Shown: piece by piece, positions 38,202 through 47,458 of the stretch | Layout: every line of letters begins with the position of its first letter | Position numbering within the stretch: the first letter of the stretch is position 1 | Source: Verrucomicrobiia bacterium | GTDB lineage: Bacteria; Verrucomicrobiota; Verrucomicrobiia; Limisphaerales; UBA1319 | Reading direction: 5' to 3' | Length of the DNA: 64,000 nucleotides | NCBI GenBank assembly: GCA_963664225.1 | Contig: OY760937.1 | Location: forward strand, 1,664,001-1,728,000 | Made by a program: the position numbers and the translations under genes | Notes under the pieces: generated by a model | What the model was told of the DNA's origin: nothing | Seen by the model: the letters and a program-made list of their open reading frames with translations, nothing else | Database searches by the model: none

Positions 38202-38822
38202 TTACCAAACGCTTTCGCGCACACTGATGGTATCCCCGGGCTCGAGGATTATCTTCTTGGCTGGATCAGTGATTTTCTTTAGCTGCTCAAGGCTGAAGGT
38301 CTGAACCTGCCCCTGGCGGCTGAACTCGATGCGGCTCTGATTGGCCACCCGCGTCAATCCGCCCGCCTGGCCGATGGCGTCCAAAATGGTCCATTTTTCC
38401 TCTCCAGGCAGGGGGATCGCGCCGGGTTTCACCACCTGGCCGATCATGTTGACATAGCGTTGACGATAATCTTTGACCGCCACCATCACCTGAGGATCCA
38501 CCAAATAATCCTTTCCGAGCATATCCTTGAGGATTTTTTCCACTTCAGTCGTGGTTTTGCCGGCCACATCCACATCGCCCAAAAGGGGAAACGATATTTT
38601 GCCACTGGCCTGCACACGCACTTCCCTGCTTAAATCCTTTTCCCCAAACACATCCACAATGATGATTTCCAAGGGGGCAAGGCGGTGATCGGTCAATGTT
38701 TTGTCTTCCACAACAATGGGTTGCCCCTCCTTTTCAGGAGCCGCACCGAGAACCAGATTTCCCGCAAAGGCAATGCCTGCAAGACACCCGAGAACCGTTT
38801 TCAGAAAATTTGCCAATCTCAT
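38202..38822 (-). CDS. Short OPX/Wza-family polysaccharide export protein
   Basis: Poly_export motif GKISFPLLGDV.VAG.T and an SLBB domain; ends PGDTISVRESVW. Confidence 0.88.
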   Translation of the reverse strand: MRLANFLKTVLGCLAGIAFAGNLVLGAAPEKEGQPIVVEDKTLTDHRLAPLEIIIVDVFGEKDLSREVRVQASGKISFPLLGDVDVAGKTTTEVEKILKDMLGKDYLVDPQVMVAVKDYRQRYVNMIGQVVKPGAIPLPGEEKWTILDAIGQAGGLTRVANQSRIEFSRQGQVQTFSLEQLKKITDPAKKIILEPGDTISVRESVW

Positions 38823-38823
38823 A

Positions 38824-40080
38824 CTAGTAGCCGATAGCCAACCTGAGCGTAACCCGGCTGGCATTGTAGTCAATGATATTTGCATACCGCTGGGCGAATT
38901 GGACGCTAAACTGTTCGTACTGATAGGCTAGCGAGGTCGTCATCCACGCTCTCAGATAATAGGTCAGCCCCGCATTAAAAGAAATCCAATTATCCGACCG
39001 ATTATTATAATAACTCGCGCTATCGTAGCCAGACATCATGTAATTGACTCCGGCATTGGCCCTTAATTTCCCCGATGGAGTCAGTCTCTGGTAAACGTTC
39101 AGACCGATATTGTCGCTCGTGTATGCCACATTGACCTGCTGAACGGACACACTACTCACGCGCGAATATCTCAAATCCAGCAATGTCTTCAAAGAAAACC
39201 GGTAATTCAAAGATCCATCCACCACAGGGGTAAGGGATGACTCAGAGCTACCCGCAAACGTTCGGTTTTCCAAACCCGCTTTGATCGTCCCGGTCAATTT
39301 GCTATCAATCGCTCGTGTCATTCCCAGATAGCCCCCAATGCTCGCCATATGAGGGCCTTTAGGGATGGTAATGGTATTTGGATTCTGTGCGGTCTGCCCG
39401 TAAAAACTTTCACCAAAAAAACTCGTTTTGGGCAGTGCCTTCCACATAAAGCCCAGCGTGCCGCGCCACGAGTTCACATCCAGCAACGGGGTCCCCTTCT
39501 CGTAATCGGTCGCACTGTAATTCCCCATCACATAAACCGAGGTTTTGTCCGTCAGATTGTAGCCAAATTTGTAATTGTTGAAATTGGCGATTCGCCCGGC
39601 CCTGTAACCCAGATTCTCATAGGCTCCAACCGCACCGTTAAGAAGTTGGATGCGATCCACCCCCGTGACGTAGATCCGGCTTGTGACATACTGGGCGTTT
39701 ACGTCGAATGTGTGGTCTTCGTAATTCAGCCCGGCGGTTTTGGCGTAAACATTTTCGTCCATGGTGTAACCCACCGTCAGGTAATTGGGAGATCCCTCGG
39801 CGTTTTCCACCCAGGGATTATCCGATGCCTTGTGACCGAGCATCAATGTCAGGTTCGGGCTCAGCGTCGTAACGAAATCGCTTATTTTACCCGGTCCGTC
39901 CTGGCGAAATAAAATATTGTTGTCATAGCGCTCCGCCAAAACCACTCCCGGACGCAACGTGAGCGGACCCGTCGAATACGAAAGCACATCTGAAGCTTGA
40001 AATGCCTCCGCCGATGCCGCCACCATGGCAGCACCGCTGGCAAATACCCAATACGGGGGTTTTCGCACCCTAAACTTCAT
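38824..40080 (-). CDS. Outer-membrane beta-barrel protein of the polysaccharide export locus
   Basis: Signal peptide, YDNNI motif, alternating beta strands, C-terminal aromatic residue (AIGY). Confidence 0.82.
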   Translation of the reverse strand: MKFRVRKPPYWVFASGAAMVAASAEAFQASDVLSYSTGPLTLRPGVVLAERYDNNILFRQDGPGKISDFVTTLSPNLTLMLGHKASDNPWVENAEGSPNYLTVGYTMDENVYAKTAGLNYEDHTFDVNAQYVTSRIYVTGVDRIQLLNGAVGAYENLGYRAGRIANFNNYKFGYNLTDKTSVYVMGNYSATDYEKGTPLLDVNSWRGTLGFMWKALPKTSFFGESFYGQTAQNPNTITIPKGPHMASIGGYLGMTRAIDSKLTGTIKAGLENRTFAGSSESSLTPVVDGSLNYRFSLKTLLDLRYSRVSSVSVQQVNVAYTSDNIGLNVYQRLTPSGKLRANAGVNYMMSGYDSASYYNNRSDNWISFNAGLTYYLRAWMTTSLAYQYEQFSVQFAQRYANIIDYNASRVTLRLAIGY

Positions 40081-40397
40081 TGTTGAGGTCCACACAGCAA
40101 TTTTCGGGCCATAATTCGGCGCGATAATATTTGTTTAATCCGCTAATTATCAACTGATTACGCAATTCAATGCATCGCCCAGCGCAATCACATGATGGTT
40201 CCCGTCTTCTCAAATTCGCCCGGATCAATTTTCCAAGTATCCTCCAAGTGTATAAGAACCCTCTCGCAGCCGTCAAAACAATCCCCTCTTTTTCAATCCC
40301 CGCTTCGCTTCTTTTCTTTCATCGAAAATCGCATCCGAATCGCCTTGATTGACGACGGGCCAAACCCCAACGTGTCACCGCAAAACATTTTGGATAA

Positions 40398-41714
40398 ATG
40401 ACGATTCGGGATATGCAGTCACGTTCCACCAACACACAGTTTCGCGTTCAGGGCGGCCAGCCCTTGCACGGCGTTATTTCCCCGCAAGGCAACAAAAACG
40501 AGGCCCTGCCCCTGCTCGCCGCCTGTTGCCTCACAAGCGACCCGGTGACCTTCGAAAACATGCCCGACATCGAGGATGTCTGGGTCATGCGCGCCATCCT
40601 CCAGGAATTGGGCCTGAGCGTCAGCGCCGATCCGATCGAGGGAACCCTCTGCGTTCAGGCCATAAATGACCCAAAAATGACCCTGCCCGAGACCTTGAGC
40701 TCCAAATTGCGGGGCTCGGTCACCCTGGCAGGACCCCTTCTGGCTCGTTTGGGCCGGGTATTCCTGCCCCGGCCCGGCGGGGACCGCATCGGCCGCCGTC
40801 GCCTGGACACCCATATTCTCGCGCTCCAGGCGCTGGGCGCGGAGGTCACCACAACCGATCACGGCTATGAATTGGTGGCCAAACAATTGATTGGCGCCGA
40901 CATCCTGTTGGACGAAGCCTCGGTCACCGCCACCGAAAACGCCGTCAGCGCCGCTGCGTTGGCCCAGGGCCGAACCATCATCCGCAACGCCGCCAGCGAG
41001 CCTCATGTCCAGGGATTATGCAACCTGCTCAATAATATGGGCGCGCAGATTTCCGGCATTGGCTCCAACATTCTGACCATCGACGGCGTGAAAAGCCTCC
41101 ACGGCGCCACGCATCGGGTCGGACCGGATTATCTCGAAATTGGAAGTTTCATCTCCCTGGCTGCAGTGACCGGTGGTGAATTGTTGATCGAAAACGTGCA
41201 ATGGGATGACCTGCGCATGATCCGCAGCGTCTTCAGCCGCCTGGGCATAGAAATCCTGCCTCAGGGCAACAACCTGCTGGTGCCCGCCGGGCAATCCCTG
41301 GAAATCGCCACCGACATGGGCGGTGCCGTTGGCAAGATCGAAGACGCCCCGTGGCCCGGTTTCCCCGCGGACATGACCTCCGTGGCACTGGTCACCGCCA
41401 CCCAGTGCAAAGGCACCATTCTGATCCACGAAAAAATGTTCGAGTCCCGCCTGTTTTTCACGGATAGCCTCATCGCCATGGGCGCCCGCATCATCCTCTG
41501 CGACCCGCACCGCGCCGTGGTCATGGGCCGGGACCGCCTCCACGCCACGCGCCTGAGCAGTCCCGACATCCGCGCGGGCATGGCCCTACTGATCGCCGCC
41601 CTGTGTGCCCAAGGTGAATCAGTGATCCAAAACGTCATTCAAATCGACCGCGGTTTCACCAATATCGACCTCCGGCTCCAAAAACTCGGCGCACAAATCG
41701 AACGGTTCGATTGA
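40398..41714 (+). CDS. murA: UDP-N-acetylglucosamine 1-carboxyvinyltransferase
   Basis: [38 protein letters not shown]. Confidence 0.95.
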   Translation: MTIRDMQSRSTNTQFRVQGGQPLHGVISPQGNKNEALPLLAACCLTSDPVTFENMPDIEDVWVMRAILQELGLSVSADPIEGTLCVQAINDPKMTLPETLSSKLRGSVTLAGPLLARLGRVFLPRPGGDRIGRRRLDTHILALQALGAEVTTTDHGYELVAKQLIGADILLDEASVTATENAVSAAALAQGRTIIRNAASEPHVQGLCNLLNNMGAQISGIGSNILTIDGVKSLHGATHRVGPDYLEIGSFISLAAVTGGELLIENVQWDDLRMIRSVFSRLGIEILPQGNNLLVPAGQSLEIATDMGGAVGKIEDAPWPGFPADMTSVALVTATQCKGTILIHEKMFESRLFFTDSLIAMGARIILCDPHRAVVMGRDRLHATRLSSPDIRAGMALLIAALCAQGESVIQNVIQIDRGFTNIDLRLQKLGAQIERFD

Positions 41715-41864
41715 AGGCGGGCCAAAATTCAGGTTTGTTCCTAAGCCAATCCTGTGCGCGGCAACCTCTTCGCCCAGGCCCATTGCCCTGTTTTCCCAGG
41801 AACACAATCGCCATTTGACGCTCGCCGGAAAGCATGTTTTTATCGGCCCAATCAAACACCGGCT

Positions 41865-44800
41865 ATGATCAAGAACATCATCCTTCTGCTCACGACCTTC
41901 TGCATTTTTCCCATTGTCCTGCACGCGGAAGGACCGGCGCAACTAAAGCGCGCCCCTGGAAAACAAGCAATAGCCGTCTATTGCCCGTCGGACGCCCGAC
42001 CCCTGGAAAACCTCGCAGCCCGCGAGATCCAACGTTACCTCTATCTCCGCTCCGGTTCCTTGCCGCCCATCACGCATCTCGCAAATCCCGAAGTTCTCCC
42101 CGGCGCGAATGCCGTCCTCATCGCCCAGAAAGACCGGCCGATCTGGAATTCCCCCGCACTGAGCGCTTCGTTACAGAAGGACATCCATGCCCTGCAACCC
42201 CAGCAGTACACCTTGAAAACCCTCGATACTGCTGCGGGTCGCTGCGTGTTGCTGGCGGGTGGGGATGATACCGCCACCCTTTATGCGGCTTACGGCTTCG
42301 TTGAAAAACTGGGCGTGCGCTTCTATTTGCATGGCGATGTGATCCCCGACCGGGACTCCACACCCTTCACCCTGCCCCGTGTGGACGAAGCCGCCCGACC
42401 ACTCTTCGAACTACGCGGCATTCAGCCGTTCCATGATTTTCCCGAAGGACCAGACTGGTGGAATACGGACGATTACCTCGCCATTGTCGCGCAACTGCCC
42501 AAGCTGCGCATGAATTTCATCGGCCTGCACACCTATCCCGAAGGCGCGCCCAACGCCGAACCCACCGTGTGGATCGGTCTGCCCGGCGATCTCGATGAGA
42601 AGGGCAAAGTCAAATTCAGCTATCCCTCCAGTTATCAAAACACCTCCCGCACCAATTGGGGCTATGCGCCGCGTAATACCTCCGAATTCAGCGGGGGCGG
42701 CTCTCAACTCTTCGAGCGTGACGCCTTCGGCGGAAACGTCATGGTCGGCCTTTGCCCCGAACCCTCCACACCGGAAGACTCGAACGAACTCTTCGAGCGC
42801 ACCGGGAACATGCTCTCGCGGACCTTTGGCTATGCGCACCAGTTGGGCGTTAGGACCTGCGTCGGCACGGAAACCCCGCTGACCATTCCCAAAAAACTCG
42901 ATGAGCATCTCAAGGCGCTGAATAAAAAGGCCACCGATCCGGAAGTGGCACAAGAGCTTTATGAAGGCATTTTCCAGCGCATCATGAAAACGCAGGCGCT
43001 CGATTATTATTGGTTCTGGACGCCTGAAACCTGGACTTGGGAGGGCACCAAAGAAGAGCAAGTCAAAGCCACCACCAACGACCTGATGTACGCCATGAGC
43101 GCCGCCAAACACGTCAAAGCCCCCTTCACTCTGGCCACCTGCGGATGGGTGCTTGGTCCTCCCGGAGACCGGGGATTGTTCGACCAGATTCTGCCCAAGG
43201 AAATGCCCATGAGCTGCATCAACCGCGAGGTGGGCAAAACGCCCGTCGAGTCCGGGTTCTCCCGTGTGCAAGGCCGCCCCAAATGGGCCATCCCCTGGCT
43301 CGAGGACGATCCCGCGCTCACGTCTCCGCAACTCTGGGTGGGGCGCATGCGTCAGGACGCGGTCGATTCGCTCGATTACGGCTGCAACGGACTGCTCGGG
43401 ATTCACTGGCGCACACGCAGCCTGAGCCCCAATGTCTCCGCCCTGGCCAAAGCCGCATGGGAGCAAACCTCATGGCGCACACAACAGGGTCCCGCCTCGG
43501 GCTGGCTGGGCGGACGTGACGCCAAGTTCCCCGACAACAAGATTGCTGACACATCCGAGCAACCCATCTACCAGTCCGTGCGCTACGGAATGAGCACGTT
43601 GCGTCTGGCCGTTCCCAACGGCTCTGTAACTGTGACACTGAAATTCTGCGAGCCCCACTTCGACGCCACAGGCAAGCGCGTCTTCGGCGTGAAAATCCAG
43701 GGCAAGTCCGTGCTGGACCACTTCGACATTTTTGCGCGTGTCGGCAAAAACAAGGCCCTCGATTTCACCTATCCTGATGTTCAAGTCACCAACGGCGTTC
43801 TGGAAATCACTTTCGAGCAACAGGTGGAAAGCCCCTCTCTTGCTGCGTTGACCGTCCAAGGCCCGGGCTTCTCCAAAAAAATCAACTGCGGCGGAGCGGC
43901 ATGGAAGGATTACGAGGCCGATCTGCCCGTGCTCCCACGCAATCAACCCACCACCGACTTCTACCTCGATTGGGCCAGCCAGGAATTCGGTCCGGAAGCC
44001 GGTCCTCAGGCCGCTCGCATTCTCTCAAAAATGGACGGTCAATTGCCACGCCCATCGGATTGGGTGGACGGCCCCGGCAATCTGAAGGCGGATACGCGGC
44101 CCTGGAGCGAAGCGGACCCGGAATACGCTTTTGTAAACGAACTCGAATCGTTGCGCTGCAAGGTTCGCGGACCGGGCAACAACGATCGTTATGAGTATTG
44201 GCTGAATTTATTCCAATCCATGCGCGCCATGGCAAAAGTGAATTGTGACTGGGGTCTCTATAATAATGCCATGAACGCCGTGCGTGCGGAGCCGGATTCC
44301 ACCGCAAAGATTCTTGTGGCCCGGGCAAAGGCCCTGCCTGCGCGCCGTCAAATAATCGCCGACTTACAGGTGCTTTACACCCATCTTTTGGCCTATATCT
44401 CCAACCCAGGCGAACTGGGCACTCTGGCCAATCTTGAGCAGCATGTTTTCGTGAAGCTGCTCAAAGAACCGGGCGAGGAGTTATCCAAAATCCTGGATGC
44501 CCCCCTGCCTGCCGACGCCCAAATGTCCGCCGCGTATCATGGTCCCACGCGCGTCATCATTCCCACCGTGCGCGGCAGCGTGGGCCAGGGGGAGGCGCTG
44601 CGCTTGAAGATCCTCGTGCTTGCCGAACAGCCACCCCGCTCAGCAGTGATTCGCTGGCGCACCATGGGCCAGGGATCCTTTGCCACCCTCCCGCTCGAAC
44701 ATGTCGCGCGCGGCGTTTACACCGCGCAATGGCCGCCGATTTCAGGCCGTCTTGCGGGAATCGAATACTATGTGGAAGTCAAACCCGCGCGTGGCAAAAC

Positions 44801-44867
44801 GATCCATTTCCCAGCCACAGCCCCCAAAATGAATCAGACCGTGGTGATCCATCCGGGTAATATCTAA
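41865..44867 (+). CDS. Secreted malectin-domain putative glycoside hydrolase
   Basis: GH20/GH67-like N-domain (LYAAY.F.E.LGVRF), then RG..PFHDF barrel region; malectin insert YQSVRYG...LKFCE...RVF.V. Confidence 0.75.
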   Translation: MIKNIILLLTTFCIFPIVLHAEGPAQLKRAPGKQAIAVYCPSDARPLENLAAREIQRYLYLRSGSLPPITHLANPEVLPGANAVLIAQKDRPIWNSPALSASLQKDIHALQPQQYTLKTLDTAAGRCVLLAGGDDTATLYAAYGFVEKLGVRFYLHGDVIPDRDSTPFTLPRVDEAARPLFELRGIQPFHDFPEGPDWWNTDDYLAIVAQLPKLRMNFIGLHTYPEGAPNAEPTVWIGLPGDLDEKGKVKFSYPSSYQNTSRTNWGYAPRNTSEFSGGGSQLFERDAFGGNVMVGLCPEPSTPEDSNELFERTGNMLSRTFGYAHQLGVRTCVGTETPLTIPKKLDEHLKALNKKATDPEVAQELYEGIFQRIMKTQALDYYWFWTPETWTWEGTKEEQVKATTNDLMYAMSAAKHVKAPFTLATCGWVLGPPGDRGLFDQILPKEMPMSCINREVGKTPVESGFSRVQGRPKWAIPWLEDDPALTSPQLWVGRMRQDAVDSLDYGCNGLLGIHWRTRSLSPNVSALAKAAWEQTSWRTQQGPASGWLGGRDAKFPDNKIADTSEQPIYQSVRYGMSTLRLAVPNGSVTVTLKFCEPHFDATGKRVFGVKIQGKSVLDHFDIFARVGKNKALDFTYPDVQVTNGVLEITFEQQVESPSLAALTVQGPGFSKKINCGGAAWKDYEADLPVLPRNQPTTDFYLDWASQEFGPEAGPQAARILSKMDGQLPRPSDWVDGPGNLKADTRPWSEADPEYAFVNELESLRCKVRGPGNNDRYEYWLNLFQSMRAMAKVNCDWGLYNNAMNAVRAEPDSTAKILVARAKALPARRQIIADLQVLYTHLLAYISNPGELGTLANLEQHVFVKLLKEPGEELSKILDAPLPADAQMSAAYHGPTRVIIPTVRGSVGQGEALRLKILVLAEQPPRSAVIRWRTMGQGSFATLPLEHVARGVYTAQWPPISGRLAGIEYYVEVKPARGKTIHFPATAPKMNQTVVIHPGNI

Positions 44868-44890
44868 ACTCCAATTCCGCTTGGAATAAC

Positions 44891-44930
44891 GTCCGGGCGC
44901 ACGGCCTCAATTGGTCGTGCGCCCGGACTT
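44891..44930. terminator. Hairpin between convergent genes
   Basis: GTCCGGGCGCACGGCC-loop-GGTCGTGCGCCCGGAC followed by TTT. Confidence 0.7.
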
Positions 44931-44941
44931 TGCTTACATCC

Positions 44942-45892
44942 TCAAATCTTCTCGAACTGCTGCAGCACGTAGTCCCGCGAGGCTTTAACCTCCTCCAGCG
45001 TGAGGTGCTCCAGGGCCAGATACAAATCCCGGTTCAGGCCCGCCAGCAGCCGCAAATACAACGGGTAATCCAGCACGCCCTGTCCTGCCGCCGGGAGGTC
45101 CGTGCCCGTCGCGGACGGCTTCACATCCTTGGCATGCGCCAGCACGGTGTGTTTGCCCACGCGCTGGAATATGTCCTTCAGGATCGACTCCATGTAGGGA
45201 AAGTCCTCTTTGCGGAAATAATTGCACGGGTCCATGATGAGCTTGAGCGCGGACGACGATTCGTCCTTGAACAACCTCTGCGTCCGCTCCGCCGAGCCGA
45301 TGATGTTCCTCCAGTAGGGTTCGATGGCCACCACCGCCCCGCTTTTTTTCGCCAACGTCACCAACCGCCCTATTGCGGCGCGGCATTGCTGATAACCCGC
45401 CTCCGTCTCGTTCTCCGGGGATTCCGCCCACTCCGATTCCCGGTTGAGCGTGCCTGTTTCCGTGGCCACGATCGGGCTGCCGAGTCTCTTCCAATTGGCC
45501 AGCAGGAACGCCATCCGGTCCTCGCCCTCTTTGCGTTTGGCCGCGTCGGGATGCACCACGTTGAAGTAACCATACAACCCCGCGATCTTGATGCCCTCCT
45601 GCGCAAGACTTGCCGAAATCTTGTCCGCCAGCGCCCAATCGGGTTGCAGCGGATTGAATCGCGCATCCGCAAACGAATACTCGCACACCACTCCCTCAAA
45701 ACCATCCGCCTTGATCTTTCGCGCCGCCTCAGCCACGGGAAGCCCGCTGTAGGGACCCGTGAACACAGCCAGGTGAATCTTCTTTTTGGCCGTCTCCCGC
45801 AGATCGGCCCTTGCGGTCACCCCGCAGGTCAATGCCGCCGCAGTGACCCCCGCCGTTTTCAACCACTTTCGACGATTCCACACTGTGCTCAT
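44942..45892 (-). CDS. Sugar phosphate isomerase/epimerase (TIM barrel) with Tat signal
   Basis: NRRKWLK signal; metal ligands EP, DPCN, HAKD, EH. Confidence 0.88.
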   Translation of the reverse strand: MSTVWNRRKWLKTAGVTAAALTCGVTARADLRETAKKKIHLAVFTGPYSGLPVAEAARKIKADGFEGVVCEYSFADARFNPLQPDWALADKISASLAQEGIKIAGLYGYFNVVHPDAAKRKEGEDRMAFLLANWKRLGSPIVATETGTLNRESEWAESPENETEAGYQQCRAAIGRLVTLAKKSGAVVAIEPYWRNIIGSAERTQRLFKDESSSALKLIMDPCNYFRKEDFPYMESILKDIFQRVGKHTVLAHAKDVKPSATGTDLPAAGQGVLDYPLYLRLLAGLNRDLYLALEHLTLEEVKASRDYVLQQFEKI

Positions 45893-45954
45893 TTCTATTC
45901 CTTTGTTTGAAACGTTTTGTATGAAGTCGGAATTTTAGTCGCCGCCTCTCACAC

Positions 45955-46341
45955 CTATTTAATCTTGTACGCGAGACCTTGAAAAACCGCAATCACCACA
46001 CCCTCGATGTTTTTGATTTCCACCAGATAGGTGCCCAGCTTGGAATTGGTGCTCACGGGACGCGCCTCAGCGGTCAGCGTGCCGGTGCCCGCGCCGGCCT
46101 TGATATAGGAAATGCTGGCATTGATCGACACCGAGACCATCGCCATAGAATTGCACGCCGCGGCAAACGCGTAATCGGCCAGCGTAAAAATCGCGCCGCC
46201 ATGCACCACCTTGTTCCCGTTCAAATGGCACGGCTGGATGTCCATCGTCACAACGGCCCGTCCATCCCCCAGCGAAACCAGTTTCAAGCCGCAGTGCTCG
46301 GCAAACTGGTCTCCCTTCAATAATTGTCTCACGGCTTCCAT
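45955..46341 (-). CDS. PaaI-family hotdog thioesterase
   Basis: HLNG...HGGAIFTLAD. Confidence 0.92.
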   Translation of the reverse strand: MEAVRQLLKGDQFAEHCGLKLVSLGDGRAVVTMDIQPCHLNGNKVVHGGAIFTLADYAFAAACNSMAMVSVSINASISYIKAGAGTGTLTAEARPVSTNSKLGTYLVEIKNIEGVVIAVFQGLAYKIK

Positions 46342-46438
46342 GGCCCCTTTCTACCTCCGAAACCGCCCGGCACGCAAGCCAAGCCTGACCAACAGTCCCC
46401 ATGCCGCGCCGCTGGACCAGCTCAAAATGGTTTGCTGC

Positions 46439-47257
46439 TCATTTTGTCCCGGAGGTCAGTTGCTCGCGCATCCATTCCGGACGGTTGGTGGTAATCCCAT
46501 CGACTCCAGCGGCAACCTCTTTTCTTGCCACCTCCGCATCATCCACGGTCCACGTGTAGAGCTTGAGTCCGGCGTCATGCACTTTCTCGACAAACTCCCT
46601 ATTAATGGGAAATCCGGAGTTCACGTTCAGTCCATCCAGATTCGCCACCCTGGCCTTTTGGATCAACTCCTCGACTGCGGGAAACTGTTTTGTTTTGGAA
46701 TCCGATGAAACCAGCCACAGGACTTTCAGTTGTGGAAACTTCGCCTTCGCCTGTTGCATGGTTTTGTAATCGAAGCCAATAATCACGGTCTGCTCAGGTT
46801 TCTTTCCGCCGCGCTTTAACGTTTTTCGCAATTCAGGCAGAATCCTGGAGGAGGATTTGATTTCAATGAACAGCCGTTTCCCCTCAGGTACGAGCGGCAA
46901 CACCTCATCGAGCAATGGTATCTTCTCTGAGAACCCCCGGCCCTGCCATGAACCCCACTGGCCCACTTCCAATTGACGCAGTTCCGCCGCAGTCTGCGTT
47001 TCCACTTTGTTGGTGACGCCGGATATCCGCGCCGTGTTGCCATCGTGAATCACCACTATTTTCCCATCCTTGCTCAAACAAATGTCCAGCTCGTCGGCAT
47101 CGGCCCCCTGTTTGTATCCCAGTTTAAACGAGGAAAGCGTGTTTTCCGGCGCATCATGTGAGGCGCCCCTGTGGGCAATGATTTCAACCGCAAAAACGGG
47201 ATGGCTTCCAAGCAGACACATTGCAATTATTCCTGTTATTATCCACTTGTTTATCAT
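46439..47257 (-). CDS. Glycerophosphodiester phosphodiesterase, exported
   Basis: AHRGAS..APENT, ELD, HD, EIK, WTVD, TN.P. Confidence 0.93.
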   Translation of the reverse strand: MINKWIITGIIAMCLLGSHPVFAVEIIAHRGASHDAPENTLSSFKLGYKQGADADELDICLSKDGKIVVIHDGNTARISGVTNKVETQTAAELRQLEVGQWGSWQGRGFSEKIPLLDEVLPLVPEGKRLFIEIKSSSRILPELRKTLKRGGKKPEQTVIIGFDYKTMQQAKAKFPQLKVLWLVSSDSKTKQFPAVEELIQKARVANLDGLNVNSGFPINREFVEKVHDAGLKLYTWTVDDAEVARKEVAAGVDGITTNRPEWMREQLTSGTK

Positions 47258-47458
47258 GAGTGATTTTATGTGTTGTCATGCCTTGCGCTGATACTTAAGG
47301 ATGACCTTATGATTTGATGGTTTCAACCATGAAAAGCCCGCTTTTGAGAAAGCGCGGAACGTGGAGAATCTCCCCACTCACGTCCGCAACTCGGGTCGAT
47401 TTGTCCACTGGCTCAAGTCATTTGACAACGCGGAACTCGTGACTGACTTTTTTCCGTT

